Shown in pieces: positions 39,144 to 50,317 of a stretch of 64,000 nt of DNA. A program made the position numbers and the translations under genes. The stretch spans positions 1 through 64,000 of the IMG/VR virus record IMGVR_UViG_3300027861_000017, one strand, 5' to 3'. Numbering within the stretch: the first letter of the stretch is position 1; every line of letters starts with the position of its first letter. A model generated the notes under the pieces. The model saw only the letters and a program-made list of their open reading frames with translations, did no database searches and was not told where the DNA came from. The stretch is from a virus.

Positions 39144-39965
39144 GCTAACATTAACTGCTAACCCATATTCCACCTACTTAACTCCATAGCTTGTCTTTTT
39201 GTTTTACGATGTGGCTCTCCATATCCAGATAATTGTTCTTCAAAATATTGTATATCTTCTTCACATCTATCAACAGCATTAAGATAATACTCTTCAATCC
39301 AACCATGATCAAGTATAGTTCTACCTTGGCTTGTTCCTCTATAAAACAACCCATGTGGGTCATTAGCTAAAACCACAACACATTCCACCTTAACGCCTCT
39401 CTCTAAACATAGCCTATTAACCCTATCTGCCTCTTTTAAATTCGCAAAAACTATTCTATCACCATCTTTAACGCTCTCAACAAGTGATGTGGTTCTATGG
39501 GTTGCCCTAGAAGCTTGAAAATAAACAAACAATGCAGCTTTTACAGCTTGACCTATTCCGAAAAAATCCATGTTATAATATCTCCCAATCATCGTCATTA
39601 TTAAAATACTCACCTTCAACTCCCCAACCCTGATCAGGATCATCATCTGATTTGGTTTTGGGAACCTCACCTGTATAACATCTAGTGTGTATAGCTGCTA
39701 TACCACTTGACTCATCTCCATCAAACATAAGACCTACAACATCATCCCAATCCATATCCCATTCTATAGAATCATCTGAATCTTTAGTGAATACCCTCCC
39801 ATAAGAATCATATTCACCACTCATATGTTGGACAACATCTCCATTCTTTAACAAAAACAACTCCACTTTCTGACCTCTAAAACTATTAGATAAAATAGCT
39901 TTACCACACTCTTTACACATGAAACTAAAATAACCCATATTGTGATCTCCTTAAGTTTTTATCTT

Positions 39966-39995
39966 AATTTATCATGATTGTTAGATGATTGTCAA
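39966..39995 (-). promoter_or_regulatory. sigma70-type promoter overlapping the terL stop codon
   Basis: TTGACA-18-TAAATT with extended TG, followed by AAGATAAAAACTTAAGGAG. Confidence 0.7.
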
Positions 39996-41657
39996 TCCTT
40001 TTTTTGCGTATTTGGTACCAGTTTTTTGAGTTCTTAATATTCTACACATAGCGTTTAAAGTAGCGGAGACACCATCGTATTTATTTGCGTCAATCTCTTT
40101 ATAAGGGAATACGTTATCATTTTTGTCATGCCTTCCACAGGTATTGCCAATCATCCATTTGAAAACCGGATCACCATTATGATGAATCTTATTCTCGAAC
40201 ATAACGGCATCTAGCTCTTTCATAGGTTCAGATAGAAACTTAACAACCTGTGGTATTTCTACTACAGTTATTTTTAATTTCTGTAAAGTTTGAACTAATT
40301 GAGCGGCATTCCATGGATCGGTACAAACTTCTTGTATTTGATATTCCTTACCTAATTCTAATAAATCTTCCAATAACACTTCATAGTCTACCATACTACC
40401 CATTGTGGTTGTGAGCCAACCTTCCTTAACCCACGTTTGATAATGAGTCTTATCTTCTCCTTCTGTGGCATCTTCTGGTAAATAGTTCTTAAGAAATGCA
40501 TAGTAGTCATCATCACGCTTAAATAGTATAGCCATTGATGTTATATCTAGCTTGCTAGATAAATCCAAACCTACCCAACAATCTTCGCCTTTAAAATCTT
40601 CCATTTTCAAATCTTTATCACCACACTTATCCCATGCAACAATATTGAAATACCCTTTTCCAGAATTCATCCATTGATTCAGATGCTTACACCTATTTAT
40701 ATTCTGTTTTGAAGCTCTCTGCATCGCTTCGGTATAGCGTGGTTTTAGCTTATCTTCCAATATGGAAATGCCGAAATTAGGGTTAGCCTTTTTCCACATT
40801 TCAAAATCAGTCCAATCATCTTCCTTATCCAGTGTGTAAATGATGCCATATATGTTTTCGTTATCTATACTGCCATCTAATATTTTACAAATCTGATTTC
40901 TCTTATCATAACAAGGAGAGCTAGTATCAACTCCTGCTGTCGTGATAACTAACATTAATGGTGACTCCCTAGATAGCATCCCAGTGATCATAGAATCATA
41001 AAGTACCGGTTTCTTGTGCTCATGAAATTCATCGCAGATCGCAAGGCTTGCTGAAGCACCGTCACCTGGGTCACCAATTAAAGGCTCGAATTTACTACCA
41101 TTTTCGATACAACACAGATTTGATGCATTGGATAATATGTCATAATGCTCCAAGAACCCTTCGGCTCTTTCTGCCATCCACTTGGCTGGCTGGAATACAC
41201 ACCAGCTCTGTTTTTCGCTTGTCGCGCCGGAGTAAATCTCAGCACCTATCTCACCATCCTCTACAAACATATATAAACCAATAGCAGCGGCTAATATTGA
41301 TTTACCGTTTTTTCTAGGTATTTCTAAATACGCTTCACCAAATCTTCTAGAACCATTACTTGTTTTAATCCAACCAAACATAGTTGTTACATTAAATATT
41401 TGCCATGGCTCTAATTTAAGTAATAATTTTTGTTTTGCCCATAACCCCTTTACATGGGGTAACCTCTCAATAAAAGCGCATATCTTGTCTGCTAAATAGG
41501 GTACAAAATAATAAGGAGCGTCTTCGTCGTTCCAACGCTCCAAATCATCTTTCTGTCTTTGGCATGCTTGTTTAACCTGTTCGCATGCTGGTATTTTTTC
41601 GCTCAATATGTCTTCTATATATTGATTCGCAATAGCAACATAATCTTTATCAGCCAT
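39981..41657 (-). CDS. terL: Terminase large subunit (Terminase_1/HK97 type)
   Basis: LEPWQ, IPRKNGKS Walker A, ICDEFHE Walker B, ITTAG, KANPN, VGLDLS, TDPWNA, KYDGVSA. Confidence 0.96.
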   Translation of the reverse strand: MADKDYVAIANQYIEDILSEKIPACEQVKQACQRQKDDLERWNDEDAPYYFVPYLADKICAFIERLPHVKGLWAKQKLLLKLEPWQIFNVTTMFGWIKTSNGSRRFGEAYLEIPRKNGKSILAAAIGLYMFVEDGEIGAEIYSGATSEKQSWCVFQPAKWMAERAEGFLEHYDILSNASNLCCIENGSKFEPLIGDPGDGASASLAICDEFHEHKKPVLYDSMITGMLSRESPLMLVITTAGVDTSSPCYDKRNQICKILDGSIDNENIYGIIYTLDKEDDWTDFEMWKKANPNFGISILEDKLKPRYTEAMQRASKQNINRCKHLNQWMNSGKGYFNIVAWDKCGDKDLKMEDFKGEDCWVGLDLSSKLDITSMAILFKRDDDYYAFLKNYLPEDATEGEDKTHYQTWVKEGWLTTTMGSMVDYEVLLEDLLELGKEYQIQEVCTDPWNAAQLVQTLQKLKITVVEIPQVVKFLSEPMKELDAVMFENKIHHNGDPVFKWMIGNTCGRHDKNDNVFPYKEIDANKYDGVSATLNAMCRILRTQKTGTKYAKKGLTII

Positions 41658-42169
41658 TATAAGTCCCCCCAACCCTTATCTTTCTTTTTAGGGTTGTTGA
41701 CTTTAATACGTGACCTAGCTGATGGACTGAGGCCCAACTCAGCACCAATCTTTCTCATCTGTTCGAAGGCTTTGTTGGAAACCCACAAATATGGTGAAGT
41801 TATGACATTGCCACCTGATTTTGTCTCCTCTATAGTTCCATCTCTTTTAGTTTTAGTGGTAACTTTTTGACCAGTTATAGATAGGGTTCCCTTCTCCAGA
41901 ACTTTTTTTTCTGCTGCCACCCATCTGCTATAAGCTATACAGTACGCTTCTAGTAATGCGTGGTCCATCTCACACAAAATATCCACATTTAATAGCTCTA
42001 CAGTTATTCTATCCCACTCTTCCTTAGCCAACTTATCATTGGCTATCCATTCTGGACAGTCAGGGGCCTTGATCTCTGGCTTTGGCTCGTTTTCATTAAG
42101 GGGTCTGCCCCCTGGATTGTTCATTAATTTTTTTATAGCCGTTGGTAATGGCTTTCGTCCTTTTGTCAT
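41657..42169 (-). CDS. terS: Terminase small subunit (P27 family)
   Basis: GRKPLPTAIKKLMNNPGGRPLN...PEWI...LEAYCIAYSRW...ELGLSPSARSRI. Confidence 0.92.
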   Translation of the reverse strand: MTKGRKPLPTAIKKLMNNPGGRPLNENEPKPEIKAPDCPEWIANDKLAKEEWDRITVELLNVDILCEMDHALLEAYCIAYSRWVAAEKKVLEKGTLSITGQKVTTKTKRDGTIEETKSGGNVITSPYLWVSNKAFEQMRKIGAELGLSPSARSRIKVNNPKKKDKGWGDL

Positions 42170-42237
42170 TATTCATATCCTTTCCCCTCCATTTCTTGTT
42201 AATATTATACCATCCCCATGGTAATGAATTATTAAAT

Positions 42238-43401
42238 TTAAAATTTAAAGCCAAGTTGAAATTCGCCGTCCATCTTATTGTTTTTACGATTATTATCTAT
42301 ACCCCACAAAGGTTGTAAATTAGATAACATCCAACATCTTTTAAAATTTAAATGTTCTGGTTTTGTGAAATCAAAAAAACTTTGAGGTGTTATATGGTCA
42401 ATTTCCCAACCATTTTTGCCATAATTATCCCAGTTCATGCCATCTGTAAACTGTTTTTCTAGATGGTTCCTTAGTTCATCTAAAGTATAACCAACTAAAT
42501 CTTCCCAATGTCTTCCGGCTTTATTGCCATGTAAAGAGGCTCTAATAGCGTTAGAAATATTGGCATTCAACCTATTGGATGGGATTAACCTTGCTTTCTT
42601 GTTATATTCACTCTTATATTTTCTCTGACTTGGGGTTTTTCTATATTCTTTTTGATATGCACGTCTACGCTCTATAACATCTTGCCTAGAATTGTATTCT
42701 TTTCTAAAATTCTTTTTGTGTTCTATAACTTCAGGCCTTTGATAATATGCCTCAATGCGCTTTATAGTATCTGGCATTCTACGATATTCTCTTTTATGTA
42801 ATTTCTTTTTCTCTTTTATGTCATCTCTAGAATTATGTTTCTTATCATATTCTCTCTCTAATTTTTTAGTTTCCGGTCTACTCCTATATTCTTTTCTATA
42901 TTCACTTCTTCGCTTTTTAACTTCTGGGTCATTATGATACTTATCACGACAGTCAATGCACCTCGAACTTAGTCCATATTTTTTTGTTTTATCTTTATTG
43001 AACGCTCTAGCGGGTTTATTTTCTTCGCATCCAGTACATTTCTTATAATCACATTTAATGTCACCACGTTTTTCCTTTTTATATTTCTCCCTATATTCTT
43101 TACATGATTCCCTTGAACAATCCTTACATTTATTATCAAGCCCGTCTTTCGTGCTTCTATTATTATAAAACTCTTTTAATGATTTTTCATTATCACATCT
43201 ACTGCATATTTTATGTCCATCTCTTGGTTTTATTTTCTTCTTTACTGTACGTGTTCCATTCTTGAGTTCTTTTTGATATCGTTCATAATATTCCCTCTTA
43301 CATTCCTTGCAGGTGGTACTTAATTTATCCTTTTTATTTATATCTTTATTAAATTCTACTAAATCCTTAACCTCTTTACAATTGCCACACTTTTTACCCA
43401 T
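42238..43401 (-). CDS. HNH-type (EndoVII-like) endonuclease with CxxC Zn repeats
   Basis: Three KxCxxC...F...CKxC repeats; HLEKQFTDGMNWDNYG..WEIDHITP...NLQPLW..DN. Confidence 0.8.
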   Translation of the reverse strand: MGKKCGNCKEVKDLVEFNKDINKKDKLSTTCKECKREYYERYQKELKNGTRTVKKKIKPRDGHKICSRCDNEKSLKEFYNNRSTKDGLDNKCKDCSRESCKEYREKYKKEKRGDIKCDYKKCTGCEENKPARAFNKDKTKKYGLSSRCIDCRDKYHNDPEVKKRRSEYRKEYRSRPETKKLEREYDKKHNSRDDIKEKKKLHKREYRRMPDTIKRIEAYYQRPEVIEHKKNFRKEYNSRQDVIERRRAYQKEYRKTPSQRKYKSEYNKKARLIPSNRLNANISNAIRASLHGNKAGRHWEDLVGYTLDELRNHLEKQFTDGMNWDNYGKNGWEIDHITPQSFFDFTKPEHLNFKRCWMLSNLQPLWGIDNNRKNNKMDGEFQLGFKF

Positions 43402-43412
43402 ATACCCTCCAC

Positions 43413-43886
43413 TCAAACATACTTACTATACATTCTCATGCCTCTAATAACTCCATGACCACCATTAAATTTAAAATAATACTGCTCATTATCATCCCTC
43501 CGTGAAAATAACTTAACATCTGGCAAATCTTTAATCATTTCCAACAAAAATGCGTTAAGACCATGACCATCAAATTCAAGATATCCTTCTTTATCGCACT
43601 TATGACAAATCTTAACACTGAACTCTCCATGACAAACTGGGCATGATCTTGAATCATATAGTAATTCGTAGGGAGGTAAATCAACCCATTCCCCATCCTG
43701 ATCAGGCTGCCATTGAAGCGTATTTTTGATTGGAGCTTCACGGGTAACGCCCTCAACAGTATCAAGTGGGACCCTTATTATGATACACCCATTCGTAGCA
43801 CAAGCCCATCCATCCATAACAAACGGGTAGTTAAATTTAAAATCCTCATGCTTGTTGCAAAAGCTTTGTAATAAATCCTTATCCAT
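43413..43886 (-). CDS. Hypothetical protein, paralog of 45930..46526
   Basis: Shared LLQSFC, CAT[ND]G, GEWVDLPPY, EFDGHGLNA.LLE.IKDLP.VKLFSRRD. Confidence 0.7.
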   Translation of the reverse strand: MDKDLLQSFCNKHEDFKFNYPFVMDGWACATNGCIIIRVPLDTVEGVTREAPIKNTLQWQPDQDGEWVDLPPYELLYDSRSCPVCHGEFSVKICHKCDKEGYLEFDGHGLNAFLLEMIKDLPDVKLFSRRDDNEQYYFKFNGGHGVIRGMRMYSKYV

Positions 43887-44777
43887 TATTCATCTCCTTA
43901 TTGTTTATTTTATCTCCCAATCCCCACACCCCTCCTGCCCAGCTCCAAAATACCCACCATCCTTCCCAGCTATAGAGCATGTTCCATGGCTCCATTGTAT
44001 TTTGTAGAAGTTTTTGCAACTATCGCATCTTTTAATCTCTTCACTCATATTGATTTTATCCTTTTTACTTGAGATTCCAACAACCATCTTTCACCATCGA
44101 AAACATATCTAAATAAATATGTTGGCATAAATGGTAATTTTATTTTTTTGGATATCTCAAAATACACATCTCCTATATTAGCTTCTTTATTTTCGAATCT
44201 AAATTTATTACTAGGATATTGTTTTTGAATAAAAAATATCTCCTTTAACCTCTTTATCATTCTTCTACCTCCTTAAAACATCCATAATGAGAATTATAAT
44301 CAGTATCTCTTTTTATCCACCATCCCCATTTGTCACATGTGGTACCTACTATGCTGTCCATTATATCGGAATAATATTTACAGTTACTGCACTTCTTTTT
44401 ATTGGAGGTTACAGCACTCTCTTTATTCATCTCTTATCTCACTCTCATAAAGAGCTTGTTCTAGCTCCTCAACTCTATCTTCTAATTCCCTCACTCGTAC
44501 AAATGCAACATCTGGTCGATGTCCAAACATCTTAGCTATATCAGCAAGCCTTTGATCTCCACCACAATATTTACAATTCTTACTGATCATATCCTCTGGA
44601 TCGTCTAGGTATTCTTTGTGGGTCTTATTTAACTCGATGTATCTCCTCTCTAGACTGAGACAAGATACTACGGCTTGACGTTTACTCTCAAATAATTCTT
44701 CAAATTCTATATCGTACATATTATTTCCTTTTTTTATTGGAGGAGGTAAGCTTTCTTTTTAATTGATACTCTCCTCC

Positions 44778-45179
44778 TTAACGGTTGGATTTTAAAACAC
44801 TCAATATCCCATCAAGATCTAACCCAACATGAGCCCATCCACCTCTTTTATTTATAAGTTCAGCTACAGCCAATAAAGATTTATATTGTCCTTTGTCGAA
44901 TCCATCAGGCACCACCTGGAATAGACAGAACTTATCTTTAGTAAAAACGCTATCCACAGCCTCTGCTATGCTAAAAACTCCAGTCATCTCTTTTGTTATT
45001 ACATATAAATGGAAATAACATTCCTCTTTCTGCCTGTATTCCTCTTCCTGACATTCTGGAGTCCAATCATCAACAACGGGATTAAAAAAATCTATCTTGT
45101 TGGCCTCTAAAAATGGTATTAGCTCATCTCTCCAAGTACTATTATTATATGTCCCACCTAAAAATACTTTCTTATCCAT
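44778..45179 (-). CDS. Nucleoside 2-deoxyribosyltransferase-like protein
   Basis: VFLGGT..STWR, FFNPVVDDW, MTGVFSIAEA. Confidence 0.75.
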   Translation of the reverse strand: MDKKVFLGGTYNNSTWRDELIPFLEANKIDFFNPVVDDWTPECQEEEYRQKEECYFHLYVITKEMTGVFSIAEAVDSVFTKDKFCLFQVVPDGFDKGQYKSLLAVAELINKRGGWAHVGLDLDGILSVLKSNR

Positions 45180-45929
45180 GTATCTTCTCCTCTATGAGTG
45201 TTTATTAAACTTCCTTTTTATAGTTAAACCCGTAGTCTTTCCAATGTTCACCATCCACAACATCTTCCCAGTCTTTCACCTTCTTGACATGCCATTTTTC
45301 ATCATTATTTACATCAACTGATGCAATCCCCATTACGAAAGGATCGTTTTTTATGGTTGCGCCAACTAAATCTGGTCGGTCATCCACTACAACAGAAAGA
45401 CCACAAAAATCCATAATCCCCAATTTATCTCTTGTAGCCAAGGAAACTATATCTCCAACCTCTAGCTTGTCTCCATAAGCATCAACTATGGTTGTTTTTA
45501 TACCACACTCACCATGCTCACATTCCCCTGAATATACTCTCATCTTCTCCATACCTTCCCCCTCATCAATAAATAAACCTATTCTTCCACCACATTATAA
45601 CCGCCCACCAATATTGAATCTTCCCACATATCGTTGCAGTCCAGCTATACCTATGCTCGTGATGTACAAAGTCGGAGCATGTCCAATAACCTATGCGCTT
45701 TCTTTTCTTCATTCCCTCATCCCCATTATAATTCTAACAATATCTTTACCAAAATGATCTTCTAAATCTTCTATTCCTTCTTTTAATTTATTTAATTCAT
45801 ACTCTATCTTCCATAAATCTTCGGCTATTGTTTTCGAAAACTCTACATCTAACTTGAAAAGTATATGGTCCTTCCATGCTTCACCATATCTATCTACTAA
45901 ATAATCTTCAGCTTCTATGGAGTTCATCT

Positions 45930-46526
45930 TTATCCCCTCATCCCCATTATAATCCCATGCCCACCATCAAACCTGAAATAAAAATGCTGTTTCTCATCCC
46001 TACGTGAAAATAGTTTAACTCCTGGCAGGTCTTTAATCTTTTCTAGTAGGAGTGCATTAAGCCCATGACCATCAAATTCTATCCTTGAATAATCCACAGG
46101 GTACATATCTCCATCACCATCACACCTTCCACAAATATCACCATCACCAGGGATAATGCCTTCACAATCACAATATTTACAATCGCATTCATAGCTGTTG
46201 AACTCTGAATCCAACTCAACATACCCGTCTCCGTCACATTCAGGACAGATATTTATCTTACCCACACCTTGACAAGCATAGCATACCTCTTTATTGGGTA
46301 ATTTGTAGGGAGGTAGATCAACCCACTCCCCTTCGATACTTGGTTCCCATTGTAATGTTATAATGCTTCCTACTATATGAGCATAGTGCCAATCATATTG
46401 CCTTGGTATTCTTATTGCTATTTGTCCATCTGTAGCGCATATAAAATCGTCAATAATAAATAGTTCTTGAAATGGACTTGAAGCCGACTTACTGCAAAAG
46501 CTTTGTAATAGGTATTTATTCATCAC
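45930..46526 (-). CDS. Hypothetical protein with DnaJ-like CxxCxGxG Zn-finger insertion
   Basis: CYACQGVG, CPECDGDG, CKYCDCEG, CGRCDGDG. Confidence 0.7.
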   Translation of the reverse strand: MMNKYLLQSFCSKSASSPFQELFIIDDFICATDGQIAIRIPRQYDWHYAHIVGSIITLQWEPSIEGEWVDLPPYKLPNKEVCYACQGVGKINICPECDGDGYVELDSEFNSYECDCKYCDCEGIIPGDGDICGRCDGDGDMYPVDYSRIEFDGHGLNALLLEKIKDLPGVKLFSRRDEKQHFYFRFDGGHGIIMGMRG

Positions 46527-49500
46527 TCCTCCTCTTGATCAATAATAATTACTGTCTCAAACGGTGGCATCGGTCCCATATAGTAATGCTGTCCTAGAGT
46601 AGACATTAAATCCCACATTTGCCAAGTTGACCATCCTTCCTCATCTTCTTTTTTTGGTTTATAAGTTTTCATATCCCCTAAAATACCAAGGGAACCACTA
46701 ACAAATTCTTCATGCTGTTCCTTAAGTATCTTACGTCCTCTTTCTGTAAGCTTAACTTTAACGTAATGATTTATATTAAATTCCATCACTCCTCCCTCTC
46801 CTCAGCTTCAATTAGTCTTTTAGCCCATGCAAGATACTCGTCAATGTGTAGACGTGGATCGGCTTTTATGTCAGGTAGTCCTGGTTTATCGTCCATAATC
46901 TGCTCGATAGTTTCAGGCTTAATGGGTGGATCTATGATCAAAACATCTTTATTCTGATCAAATGCCTTACATGCCTCTGTAAACCCATCTACGAATGAAT
47001 TGAAATACAAATCCCCCTTATTAGGTATACCATACCTAAGCCTGTCAGGGTCAATAACTCGCACTAACCTGTCTAAACCATCAGCTGTATAATCGTTATA
47101 GCTCTCCCCTAAGTCTAGATACACATTATCAATATCTTCTGGTACCTCCCCAAACCATATAATAGCCACTCTTTTTGTTTTAGGCTCTTCTTTTACCTCT
47201 TTAAAGATATGATCTTTTTTACAATCAGCTTCTTCACATAGCCTTGCTGCTGCTGCATCGCAATGATTACACGGTAAATCACCAACATAATACTCATGCT
47301 CAAAAACCTTCCCACCTATCTCTACTCTATCTGATTCTTTCATATCTCCCTCTTATTCCTTACTTAGTATATATTTACAAAGTGATATTATAGTTTCTTC
47401 AGTATCAGATAGAGGATCATCGGCTGATCCTAATACACGCTTTCTTTGTCTGTATAAAACATAGCAATCCTTAAATAAAATGTTATAATGTGAATCGCTT
47501 TCATGTACTTTGTCTATTTCCATGTATACCTCTTATCTTTTTTTATTGGAGGAGAAGTTGTTCTCTATGTAGCTTTTGTCTATTACTGTTTAACTACGGC
47601 AACAAAAAACCATGCTATAGCCCACACTACACCAATAATGCATACACATTCTGGCCAACCCATATTGTTTCTCCTATTGCGCAACCTGCCGTTGCATAAA
47701 CTTCCTATACTCTTCCTGAAAGACTTCCACATCATACACCCCGCCATCTAACTCATACAAGGCACTCATAACATCTTCTGCCTTCTCAGATGTAGAGCTA
47801 ACTTCACCCTCTATGCCCATCTCCATCATTAGTTCGTTTATTGCCATGTATAGATATATTAGTTTTTCTCTGCTTATTTTACTATCTGGTAATCTTGGAT
47901 GCATATTTTACCCTCCTAACTATTATCAACCAACATTTTCAATACCTTCTTCATCTTGTCATCTTGTAGCGCATTTTTTATTAAAGATATTGTTTCCAAT
48001 AACCCTTCCATTCTATAGGTATTAATACCTTCTAGGGCTTTATTTATTTCCTGTATATCTCTTTTAAGAGGTTCTAGGCTCTCTCTAACTTTATCCACCC
48101 TTTTATACATAGATGGCATTTGGCTGTCCATCTCTTCAAACATAGCATAAGAAGACTCTAATTGCTCATCCAAGGCTTCCCTATATGCCTTTTTGATCCT
48201 TGCAGACCACCCTTTAAATATAACAACATCCTCATCTAACGCTTCGAGGCCTGTTTCTATATCTCGTTTTGATTTTGCTATATACTGTATAACTATCTCG
48301 CCAGCTTCTACATCATCCTCAAACGATTTGAATTTATCAGCTATTTCCTTTGGTACGTATATGTGTTCTTTTTCACCCATTATTCTTCCCCCTCTTCATC
48401 TATTAATTCTATGCCTACTAGGGATCTATTTCTATATGTTCCTTTCTCCCTCAACCACATCTCCATAAAATGAACCTCGGTAAAAGTTACATGCTCTTCT
48501 CCCATGCCAAACCCATCTGGAGTGCAACACCTTTCTACACATATAAATTTAATCATTATTCTTCCCCTTAATACAATAATAAAAACGACCTAACTCCCAT
48601 TACGACCATAAGAACGCCAACACCACAAAAGGTTATTGAAAATACAATATCCCAGAACATCATTCCTCCTCCCCATAGTAACAATCTAGTAAGTCTTTTA
48701 TATCCTCTTCATCCCATCCATCATACTCTAAAGCTAATTGAGTTTCCTGACGATCACCCTCTTCAGATTCCCACTCACAACCACCGTCCAAAAATTGAGG
48801 GCAATAGATACCACAATCTCCATTAATGCCCACTACTTCGCATACTGACATTCCAGCCGGATAATTACCATCTATAAAAGCCATAGCGTTACCACAATTA
48901 TCTACGTCTTCCATAGTACGTATAGGTTTATACCCGCCATTAGCAGCAGCTTCCCCATAACCATCATACACTTCCTTCCTAGACTCTATGGCAGTTTCTT
49001 TCAACTCTCTTATGGAAGCCTTTTCTGGGAGTTTATCTAGGGCTATTTCCTTAGCTCTTTTATCTAATTCATTTCTAGGACTAAATGTCATTATTCTTCC
49101 CCAATCTTCATAATAAGTTCTTTAAAAGTTGGTGCTGTGGTAACACTCCATGGGAAGCCACTGACAAGTGTTACGTCACCATCATCATTCATTTCTATTT
49201 CATAGCCATCCCTTATTAGAATACCCATCTTCTTAATCCCAGCCTCCATAATGTCAGACTCACTGCGTAACTTACTATAACCTTTCACACAATCCTTAAG
49301 ACAACTATTACATATTTCAAGTTCTTCTATTTCTTCACTCATTATTCTTTCTCCCCTACCATTTCAATCAAACTTAATAATGTTGATGCAGATTCTAATT
49401 TTGTTCCAACTTCGTCTATTAAATATACATACCGTTTATTAACGAAATAATTCATCTCACACTCTATGGTTCTGTCATCAAACCCAGTCATGAATTTATT

Positions 49501-50068
49501 TAATTTCTCAATTCCAGCCTTTATAATATTAAGCTCGGAGCGCAACCTGTCATTCTCTTTTATGGACTCAACATTACATATCTCACATATACCGCTTAGA
49601 TCTCTTTCTTCACTCATTATTATCCTCCTTCTCAAATCTTTCAAGATCATCTTCCCATGCACAATATTTATCGTAGAAATCTTCTACTGAGTTAAACCAT
49701 TCTGTTCTTGGTCTCCTAGCTATTAGCTCTTCATGAGATTCTTTTTTTATTATTGGAGGGGACACATACACACATCTTAATCCGTCATCTGGATGAACAT
49801 CTATGGTAACTCGATCTGGATGTATAAGATCTACATATCCATCAATATAATATGGGTTTAATTTAACATCATCTAATGGTTTCAGTATCTTTAAATTCTT
49901 TGATAATTTAACCTTCTGGATAATCCAGTAAGCATTTTCTAATTTCGGTTCTTCCCTATCCTCTTTCTGTTTCATTGTTGCTAATTGATCTATGCATTTC
50001 TCACACCTTCCACATGAAAAATTCCCGACACAGATATCCCCACTGTATTGATTTTCATCTTTCATAAT

Positions 50069-50317
50069 TTATCCCTCCCTACTATCTAGAGCTTCATCTA
50101 ATTCTTCCAAGATCTCAAATATTGAACGCCTAACTCTTGGTTTATATAGTTGCTCTTTTCCCTCCATATCCGGTATAAACTGAACTATGGGTTTCCCCGC
50201 CCTCAACTGACAATCAAAAGGTTCACCATCATGGTAGGGAGTTGGCTCCGACCTATGGCCCCTACAGCCACCTCTCTCACAAAAATCTTTTTTATTACAA
50301 ACATACCTCATAATCAA
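50069..50317 (-). CDS. Cys-containing protein carrying the same C-terminal helix tag
   Basis: IFEILEELDEALDSR. Confidence 0.65.
   Translation of the reverse strand: MIMRYVCNKKDFCERGGCRGHRSEPTPYHDGEPFDCQLRAGKPIVQFIPDMEGKEQLYKPRVRRSIFEILEELDEALDSREG

Noticed and set aside
39981-41657. Intein or intron in terminase, capsid or portal
   Set aside because: Lengths and motif spacing are normal; no splice-junction motifs were seen.
6038-41659. Genome-wide TAA stop-codon reassignment
   Set aside because: TAA ends core genes (MCP, protease, terL, terS) at the expected lengths, often with the next gene starting immediately.
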